DNA of 64,000 nucleotides from a phage: sequence record PZ386969.1; one strand, 5' to 3'. Shown piece by piece: positions 57,694 to 64,000 of this stretch (position 1 is its first letter; each line of letters starts with the position of its first letter). The notes under the pieces were generated by a model. It saw only the letters and a program-made list of their open reading frames with translations, ran no database searches and was not told where the DNA came from. The position numbers and the translations under genes were made by a program.

Positions 57694-58008
57694 ATGACCC
57701 CATTAAAAGAAATGTATGAGCGCCTGGCTGAACTGCAGGCGAAGGAAAAGCGCTTCTCAGAAGAAGAGTCTGAAATCTCCGAGCTGAACAACCTGATTGC
57801 CACTCGCGAGAAGTACCTGCAGCGCTACATTAATCACCCGCCGCGCATGGTAGACCGCGTCAGCACTATCATGGACCTGGATGAAGTTACTCCTGGTAAA
57901 GAAATCATTGTCAGGGAAGTCCACCAGATGGTCGCCATGGGTCAGATCTTTGGTCGTGCAGACCAAGACGACATGATCTTCCTCCTTGAAAAGAAACTGG
58001 TGATGTGA
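57694..58008 (+). CDS. hypothetical protein (104 aa)
   Basis: AGAGGAA ribosome site. Confidence 0.45.
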   Translation: MTPLKEMYERLAELQAKEKRFSEEESEISELNNLIATREKYLQRYINHPPRMVDRVSTIMDLDEVTPGKEIIVREVHQMVAMGQIFGRADQDDMIFLLEKKLVM

Positions 58009-58514
58009 TGGCTATCAAACCCCGTATGTTATTTGCGCATATGCGCTCGGCTCATGCATACGCCCTGTCCAGCTATGCCCAGCGCCTGAAGGTCGGCTGT
58101 GTTATCGTTGACCCGCGTGTTGACCAGCCCCTGTCTATCGGTTGGAACGGGACTGCTCCTGGCGCTCCTAATGTCTGTGAGAAGGAAGTAGACGGTCAAC
58201 TGGTATCGGTGGGTGTTATCCACGCCGAGGAGAATGCTCTGAGCAAACTCCCCCAGCACACCGAAGACTGTTGTGGCCTGGTGATGTTTGTCACTCATAG
58301 CCCATGCCCAGAGTGCACCCGTCGTATTATCGACAGTGGCAAGATCGCTAAAGTGTTCTATGACCGACCATATCGTATCATAGACGGCATTATTGAAATG
58401 CTGAATGCTGGGATTGAAGTATATCGCATGGTCGATCAGTTTGTTGTAGTCCAGCATTCTGTGAAGAACGGCGAACTGGTATCCACCCCTGTTTTAGTGA
58501 ACCCTGACAAATAA
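58008..58514 (+). CDS. dCMP deaminase (cytidine/deoxycytidylate deaminase fold)
   Basis: zinc-binding HAEENAL and SPCPECTRRI motifs; ATG 58008 overlaps upstream stop. Confidence 0.65.
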   Translation: MAIKPRMLFAHMRSAHAYALSSYAQRLKVGCVIVDPRVDQPLSIGWNGTAPGAPNVCEKEVDGQLVSVGVIHAEENALSKLPQHTEDCCGLVMFVTHSPCPECTRRIIDSGKIAKVFYDRPYRIIDGIIEMLNAGIEVYRMVDQFVVVQHSVKNGELVSTPVLVNPDK

Positions 58515-58524
58515 GGAATTTATC

Positions 58525-58932
58525 ATGCGTTATGTAGATCGTATGCTCGGCAAAGACGAGCACGTTATTGCCTTCACCCGCCCGACTTGGTGGAGCGGTT
58601 TTTGGATTTATGTTCTGGTTATTTTAACGTTTATCCCAACATTTGGATTCAGCTTGTTATTTCTGATACCAACAATTTTAAATGTATTGACAACTGAATT
58701 CGCTGTGACTAATAAGCGTGTCATCGTCAAACGTGGTTTCATCCGTCGTGATGCTGATGAGTTGCGCATCGGTAAGGTGGAGACAGTGAAGGTTGATCAG
58801 TCCATCACAGGCCGTATCTTGGGCTTCTCAACAATCAGCGTGATCGGTACGGGCGGCACCCACCTGCTGGCCAAGGGTTGTGCTGGTGGTAATGCGTTCC
58901 GTCAGAAGATCTACGATCACCTAGAAGACTGA
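58525..58932 (+). CDS. membrane protein, PH-domain-like
   Basis: two N-terminal hydrophobic helices then soluble domain; AAGGAA ribosome site. Confidence 0.4.
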   Translation: MRYVDRMLGKDEHVIAFTRPTWWSGFWIYVLVILTFIPTFGFSLLFLIPTILNVLTTEFAVTNKRVIVKRGFIRRDADELRIGKVETVKVDQSITGRILGFSTISVIGTGGTHLLAKGCAGGNAFRQKIYDHLED

Positions 58933-58934
58933 TT

Positions 58935-59147
58935 ATGATCATTTCAGGTTACACCATCGATCTTTATTGTGAATGCTCAGATTGCAAGGCATGCAGTTGG
59001 GCTTGGGAAGAGCATCACCCCAAGTGCGGGTTCAAACAATACACTGGTGAGACTTGGGGTGATTGTGTCAAACAGGCGCGAGCAGACGGCTGGCAAATCG
59101 GGCGCGACAGGCATACCTGCTACGCCCCTGGCCACAAAAGAAGTTAA
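58935..59147 (+). CDS. small Cys-rich protein (70 aa)
   Basis: CECSDCKAC...HPKCG...CYAPGH. Confidence 0.35.
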   Translation: MIISGYTIDLYCECSDCKACSWAWEEHHPKCGFKQYTGETWGDCVKQARADGWQIGRDRHTCYAPGHKRS

Positions 59148-59152
59148 GGTAG

Positions 59153-59767
59153 TTAAGGTAATAGAAGTCCATCATCCCGCTCCGTTGGGGCGGGTTTAAT
59201 CTCCTTCCGCATCTGTTCCTTCAGCACCCTGACACGTTCGGCATGTCGGCGATCTTGCATCTCCATATCCCGTTTCTTTTTCGACTTCAGCTCAAACTGT
59301 TTACGAACATCCGGATCTTCACCTGGAACAAGATGCTCTTCGGTCCAGATAATGAACTTCCAGTTCTTCTTGGCACACAGTTCGCGGGTGGCCTCCCACT
59401 TGGCAGAATTGACCAACCAGGTTCGCATCGCATTGTTGAATGTCGACTCCTTCATGTTCGGAGTCTTCTTCGGCTGCTTGATCTGGTCTTTGGGCTTGAT
59501 CTCAATGAGGGTGACCTGTAGTTCCTCTTGCCCTTCACGGCGCGTCCAGACCTTGAGGTCCATGAAGTAACGATGGGTGCGCCCGTCGACTGGGGAAATG
59601 TAAGGGATTACGGTCTCCTCACTAGACCACTTCACTATCGCGGAGTTCATATCACAGAACTTGAAAGCCACCAACTCCAGCGAAGAGCGGAAGATGATGT
59701 TATTCACATTCCCCTGATACTTCTTGGGATTAACCGGGGTGTACTTCCCCTGAAGATAGTTGCTCAT
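59153..59767 (-). CDS. hypothetical protein with possible PD-(D/E)xK nuclease-like core; Lys/Glu/Arg-rich C-terminal tail
   Basis: D in FMDLKVW and E-I-K in TLIEIKP spaced as in restriction-endonuclease-like folds; divergent from the adjacent late operon. Confidence 0.3.
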   Translation of the reverse strand: MSNYLQGKYTPVNPKKYQGNVNNIIFRSSLELVAFKFCDMNSAIVKWSSEETVIPYISPVDGRTHRYFMDLKVWTRREGQEELQVTLIEIKPKDQIKQPKKTPNMKESTFNNAMRTWLVNSAKWEATRELCAKKNWKFIIWTEEHLVPGEDPDVRKQFELKSKKKRDMEMQDRRHAERVRVLKEQMRKEIKPAPTERDDGLLLP

Positions 59768-59775
59768 AATCTAGT

Positions 59776-59786
59776 CCTAAATAGCC
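59776..59786 (+). promoter_or_regulatory. late-promoter-like CCTAAATAGCC before the plus-strand structural operon
   Basis: about 32 nt upstream of ATG 59818. Confidence 0.4.
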
Positions 59787-59817
59787 ATAACACTCTATCT
59801 ATTTAAGGGCTGAGACC

Positions 59818-60786
59818 ATGGCCGACTTCAAGAAGACAATCGATAAGATCAAGGTTCTGAACACGAAGGGATTGTCCCAGGCTCAGAAGCAATTGTCTTA
59901 TCCCCTAGACGTTACTGGGGGTAAGACCTTGGGACACTATGTCCTATTCAACATCAACCGCATCTCCGGTTCATCTTATGGCAACACGGCTGCTCAGACT
60001 ATCGAGAACCCAATACAGAACCCTCTGGGGAATACTCCTGTGGTCTATGGGTCCAAGTCTGGTTCCATCACCAAATATGCATGGGCGCGTCACGTTCGTT
60101 CGAACGAATCTATTGTTCTGTGTATGCCGGAGTCCATTACAACCAACTATGGTGTTGGCTGGAACGGTAGCGAGCTGGGGCTGGCTGGTATGGGGGCACA
60201 GTTCCTTTCCCGCGCCGCCCAAGACATGACTCAGTTTAAACTGGGTGATGCGCTCAACGTCGGGAAGGAGATGGGGCGATTCGCTGCCACCAAGGCTATC
60301 CAATCTGCGTCGGAGGCTATTCCATTCCTGCCGAGCATTAACGCTCATGACACCCTTGAGTTGTTCACAGGCACCATGACCAACCCATATGTGGAGATGA
60401 TCTTCCAGGGTGTTCGCAACCGTGAGATTCCATTTACATTCAAATTCACGCCGCGATCTCAGAAGGAAGCCAAGATGGTCCGTGAGATCATCCGCATGTT
60501 CAAGATGCATATGTACCCAGAGTACAAGTACAACAAGAATTCCAGCGCGTTTTACTTGCATCCTTCAACATTCGACATTACGTTCATGGTCAATGGGGAG
60601 CGTAACCAGTGGCTGCACCGCATATCCACTTGTGTACTTTCCAACATGTTCGTCAACGAGACGCCGGACAGTTCATATGCGGTTCACAAAGATGATGGTA
60701 TCGTGTCCACGCAGGTTGACATGACCTTCATTGAACTGGAGCCTCTACATAAAGGGCGCTTTGAAACCGAAGGCGATAGCTTCTAA
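59818..60786 (+). CDS. baseplate/tail-tube-associated structural protein, putative (322 aa)
   Basis: first gene of late operon upstream of the tape-measure-like gene; size matches T4 gp54-class proteins; no motif confirmation. Confidence 0.35.
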   Translation: MADFKKTIDKIKVLNTKGLSQAQKQLSYPLDVTGGKTLGHYVLFNINRISGSSYGNTAAQTIENPIQNPLGNTPVVYGSKSGSITKYAWARHVRSNESIVLCMPESITTNYGVGWNGSELGLAGMGAQFLSRAAQDMTQFKLGDALNVGKEMGRFAATKAIQSASEAIPFLPSINAHDTLELFTGTMTNPYVEMIFQGVRNREIPFTFKFTPRSQKEAKMVREIIRMFKMHMYPEYKYNKNSSAFYLHPSTFDITFMVNGERNQWLHRISTCVLSNMFVNETPDSSYAVHKDDGIVSTQVDMTFIELEPLHKGRFETEGDSF

Positions 60787-60797
60787 GAGAGGATGCC

Positions 60798-61352
60798 ATG
60801 AAATATTTTGAGAAGTTTCCTCTTGTTTGGCATCAATTACAAGATGTCCAAGAGAACGATCAGGTGCTGTTACAGAACTTAACGCGCCGTGTAATGATCT
60901 TACAGAAAATTAAGGACATCGAAGGGCTTCTCCTGCCGTATACGATCCAAGATGGGGAAACCCCAAGGTCTTTCGCAGAACGCGTTTACGGATCCTTCGA
61001 GTTGTTTTGGATACCTTGTCTGATAAACGGCATCATGGACATCAATAAGGACTGGCCGAAACCGGAACGCCGTATTGTTGAAGAACTGACTGCAGATTAC
61101 GGCATCGATGGTATGTGGGATACAGCCTATTATGTCGACCAGTTCAACAATGTGACCGACGCCCGTGCTATCAAATTTGCATATAACCTAGACCTAGATG
61201 AGCCGTCCATAATTGCTAACTATGGTCTGACGGCAGTTTCATACCATGATGATGCAATCAGTAAGAATGAAGCCAAACGGAACATCCAAGTACTCGACCC
61301 AGATTATGTGTCTTCGTTTGTCAATCAGCTGGAGCAGGAGTTGGCGAAATGA
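60798..61352 (+). CDS. hypothetical structural protein (184 aa)
   Basis: ORF track; AGAGGA ribosome site. Confidence 0.4.
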   Translation: MKYFEKFPLVWHQLQDVQENDQVLLQNLTRRVMILQKIKDIEGLLLPYTIQDGETPRSFAERVYGSFELFWIPCLINGIMDINKDWPKPERRIVEELTADYGIDGMWDTAYYVDQFNNVTDARAIKFAYNLDLDEPSIIANYGLTAVSYHDDAISKNEAKRNIQVLDPDYVSSFVNQLEQELAK

Positions 61353-62737
61353 TCGAAAACAGAGAGACCCAAGACGGTATTGTAACACCGTCAACAACAT
61401 TTGACCTGAAGTATATGGCGATACTCCCTCATACACCCCAGGGCGGATCACCAACGCCATATGACCTGACGGCGTTGTTTGAGGAGTTCAACGTCTTCCA
61501 GGATCTGGGTCTTGAAGGGAAGTCATCTCCATCACTTACAGCCAATGTCTTGATAAAAGAAGGGTGGGACATTCTTGACACAATGCCTATCTTGGGTGGT
61601 GAAGAAGTTGTGGTGTCATTCAAGAGTCCGGCGGCCTCGGAATACACCACTCTATCCCTGCGCGTAGCGCGTGTTGGGCGCGTAGCTGATGAGTCCAACA
61701 GCTCGTCCAAGAAAGCATTCTGGTTACACATGGTGACCACCGATGCCTACAAGGACAGCATGATCCGCTGCTCCCTCGGTCTTGAAGGTTCGTATTCTGA
61801 CATGGCGAAGGCAATCTTCAATCAGTTGGAGTCGCGCACCAAGTTCGAAGACATCGACCCGTCATATGGTATTCAAGAGCGGTTCGCCACCCCGCTCTGG
61901 CCTGTGCTGCGATCTATTGATTATATGGCAAGCCGTTCTTATGACGAATTGTTCATGCCATTCGTTTTCTATGAAGACTTCAATGGCTATCACTTCAAGA
62001 GCCTGACGACGTTGTTCAACCAGGGCAGCCAGTCATTGACGGCAGAAGAGAAGCAGGAACTGGCTCAGCAGAACAAGTTATTCCGTGATCCTCAGGACGC
62101 ACCGCTCATGCAGGATAACAACTTCAACTCTGAGCGCTTTATGCGCACGATCATCAAGGCAGAGAAGAAGCTGGCGCGTGACCAGTTCATGGCAAACTAC
62201 CGCGATGTCCTGGCGGTGAACGAGCGCGTCTACGACTTTGAGACCAAGACAGTCACCCCAACACAGCGCATCTATACTGAGTGGTTTGCAGAGACGGCTC
62301 ACCTTGATCCGTTCCCGATGTTCTCAGATGAATTCAATCGTCAGAACGTCCGTTACATTGAAGCCCAGCCGGATGGAGCGGAGCAGATTGATTATGCTCG
62401 TCGTGTTATCAACTTCAGTCTTGCCAGCACTGTGATGCGCGTGTTGCTCGTTGGTGATAACCGCCTGAACGTCGGTCAGGTGTTCTACGTCGAAGACCAG
62501 TCCAACCGTCCTAAGAAGAACGAAAACCTGGCAGAGTTAAGTAAGCTATCGACAGGCCACTATATCGTGACCAAAGTGCGTCACAAGATTTCCCGCCTAA
62601 CCAAAGATTATCAGTGTATCGCTGAGATTGCCAAGGACAGTTTGCTGGAGCAGGTGCTTCCACCTCAGACCAATCAGACAACTGCTTCCACCACTACTCC
62701 TCAGGCGATTGAGAAAGGCCAAGCACAGAAGGTTTAA
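61349..62737 (+). CDS. baseplate hub/tail-tube cap-like structural protein, putative (462 aa)
   Basis: ATGA overlap with previous gene; position immediately upstream of tape-measure-like gene. Confidence 0.35.
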   Translation: MIENRETQDGIVTPSTTFDLKYMAILPHTPQGGSPTPYDLTALFEEFNVFQDLGLEGKSSPSLTANVLIKEGWDILDTMPILGGEEVVVSFKSPAASEYTTLSLRVARVGRVADESNSSSKKAFWLHMVTTDAYKDSMIRCSLGLEGSYSDMAKAIFNQLESRTKFEDIDPSYGIQERFATPLWPVLRSIDYMASRSYDELFMPFVFYEDFNGYHFKSLTTLFNQGSQSLTAEEKQELAQQNKLFRDPQDAPLMQDNNFNSERFMRTIIKAEKKLARDQFMANYRDVLAVNERVYDFETKTVTPTQRIYTEWFAETAHLDPFPMFSDEFNRQNVRYIEAQPDGAEQIDYARRVINFSLASTVMRVLLVGDNRLNVGQVFYVEDQSNRPKKNENLAELSKLSTGHYIVTKVRHKISRLTKDYQCIAEIAKDSLLEQVLPPQTNQTTASTTTPQAIEKGQAQKV

Positions 62738-62748
62738 CGAGGTGACCC

Positions 62749-64000
62749 ATGGCACAGGAAGCAACGAACAACGATGTTGTCAAAGTTCTAGACAAGATCA
62801 AGGCGGAGATGATGCAGCGCAAACAACTCCGCGCTCAGAATGAAACCAACAAACAGCTTGACCGGATGAACAAGAATCTGGCCAAGCTGGAATCTGCCAC
62901 CAAACAGGGCACCAAGGCCGAGTCCAAGCCATTTGAAATCCGTATCCCGACGGTCAATGAGATCGTCATGGGATTCGCTCGCATGTCTCCGATCTTCACC
63001 CGCGACTTCAGCGTATGGATGAAAGATACTGTCGATGTGGGTAACGAAGGCAATCGGGAACTGGAGAATATCGCAGGCAAGATTGACCGCCTCGGTGAGA
63101 TCACCCGTATGCCAACAGATGACACGTCCCTGGAGTATCTTAACCTGATCTCAGACCAGCTGAAGTCTGCCAATGATGACACCCTCAAGCGCATGGACGA
63201 GCAGAGTGTGTCTCTGGTCCGCGTGGGATCATTCTTGAACATGATCGACGGAGTGATGATCGAAGTTCGTGACGATGTTGCTGAACTGAAAAAGAACTCC
63301 GATGACACCCTTACTCGCCTGTCTAGTATTGAAAACAAGATTGGGCGCACGGGTGGTCATATCGTTGGAGTGTTGACACGCATCTTTGATGAAGACCAGA
63401 AGTGGCGTGAGAAGGACGAGATGCGCCGTGGGGAAACCGACAAAGAAACAGGTGGTCATCCTCAGGCGGGTTCTGTTATACCCAAAGACGATGACCAGAA
63501 AGACGATTCCTCCGGTATCGGGGCTGCTGTGGCTGCTATGCTCGGTCTGAATGCACTGAAGGGATTCTTGCTCAAGCCGTTCAAGATCATCGGTGGCGTT
63601 GTCGGGGCTTTCCTCGGTATGTTCTCCAAGCTGGGAGAAGGTATCACCAAACTTCTGGGTCCATTTGGGAAGGTGTTCAAGTTCCTGAAAGTCGGCCCAC
63701 TGGCTCTCCTGTCTATGATCTGGGACTTCGGTAAAGGCTTCATTGATGCGAAGGAGATCCTAGGTAAAGGTGCTGTCACGATAGTTGACCGAGTACGGGC
63801 GGGGATATCAGAACTGGTTGGTGGATTTGGTGATCTATTTGACTGGGTGTCCAAGATCTTTGGCTTTGATACCGAGGCGGGTGAAACCCTGCGCAAATAC
63901 ACCCTCATGATCACTGAGGCTCCCGCTCGTTGGCTGAATGGTATTATCGACTGGATTAGCAACGACTTGTTTGCAGGGATCGGGAGAGACACGTCTCTTA
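62749..64000 (+). CDS. tape-measure-like protein, partial (continues beyond window end)
   Basis: ATG 62749; coiled-coil-like N-terminus then glycine-rich hydrophobic stretch GIGAAVAAMLGLNALKGFLLKPFKIIGGVVGAFLGMF; frame open to window end. Confidence 0.45.
   Translation, partial: MAQEATNNDVVKVLDKIKAEMMQRKQLRAQNETNKQLDRMNKNLAKLESATKQGTKAESKPFEIRIPTVNEIVMGFARMSPIFTRDFSVWMKDTVDVGNEGNRELENIAGKIDRLGEITRMPTDDTSLEYLNLISDQLKSANDDTLKRMDEQSVSLVRVGSFLNMIDGVMIEVRDDVAELKKNSDDTLTRLSSIENKIGRTGGHIVGVLTRIFDEDQKWREKDEMRRGETDKETGGHPQAGSVIPKDDDQKDDSSGIGAAVAAMLGLNALKGFLLKPFKIIGGVVGAFLGMFSKLGEGITKLLGPFGKVFKFLKVGPLALLSMIWDFGKGFIDAKEILGKGAVTIVDRVRAGISELVGGFGDLFDWVSKIFGFDTEAGETLRKYTLMITEAPARWLNGIIDWISNDLFAGIGRDTSL

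Noticed and set aside
62835-63992. Minus-strand ORFs 62835..63350 and 63462..63992
   Set aside because: Antisense to the tape-measure-like plus-strand gene; Ser/Arg-rich low-complexity translations typical of antisense frames
1-64000. CRISPR arrays, integrase, transposase or insertion-sequence elements
   Set aside because: No regularly spaced direct repeats and no recombinase-like ORFs seen; the window looks like a strictly lytic phage genome

Overview
This window reads as a large virulent myovirus genome segment: T4-like replication genes (family-B DNA polymerase, topoisomerase II subunits, dCMP deaminase, DEDDh exonuclease, rIIA-like) combined with an Ackermannviridae-style tailspike array. 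No database search or folding was run; every call rests on reading the sequence and recalled motifs. Layout: 1-20500 is a minus-strand late structural operon (partial N-terminal gene, structural proteins, a ~1612-aa protein, three tandem tailspikes sharing a conserved N-terminal region, a repeat-containing tail fibre, two baseplate-like proteins). 21617-24780 is a ~3-kb ORF-poor region holding four tRNAs (Met-CAU, Asn-GUU, Tyr-GUA, Ser-GCU), degenerate tRNA-like hairpins and ~1.8 kb of hairpin-rich sequence. 24788-59150 is a plus-strand early/middle block with a small minus-strand islet at 27745-29225, and 59818-64000 is a second plus-strand late structural operon ending in a partial tape-measure-like gene. 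The most interesting candidates are (1) a 154-aa PARP-like H-Y-E ADP-ribosyltransferase behind a late promoter, with a macro-domain gene elsewhere; (2) a candidate thymidine-hypermodification cluster around the polymerase; (3) the ORF-free structured region next to the tRNAs; (4) late-promoter/ribosome-site inverted repeats at four genes; (5) signs of tailspike module exchange. Several ORF-track starts are TTG/GTG artefacts and were moved to ATG codons with Shine-Dalgarno support.
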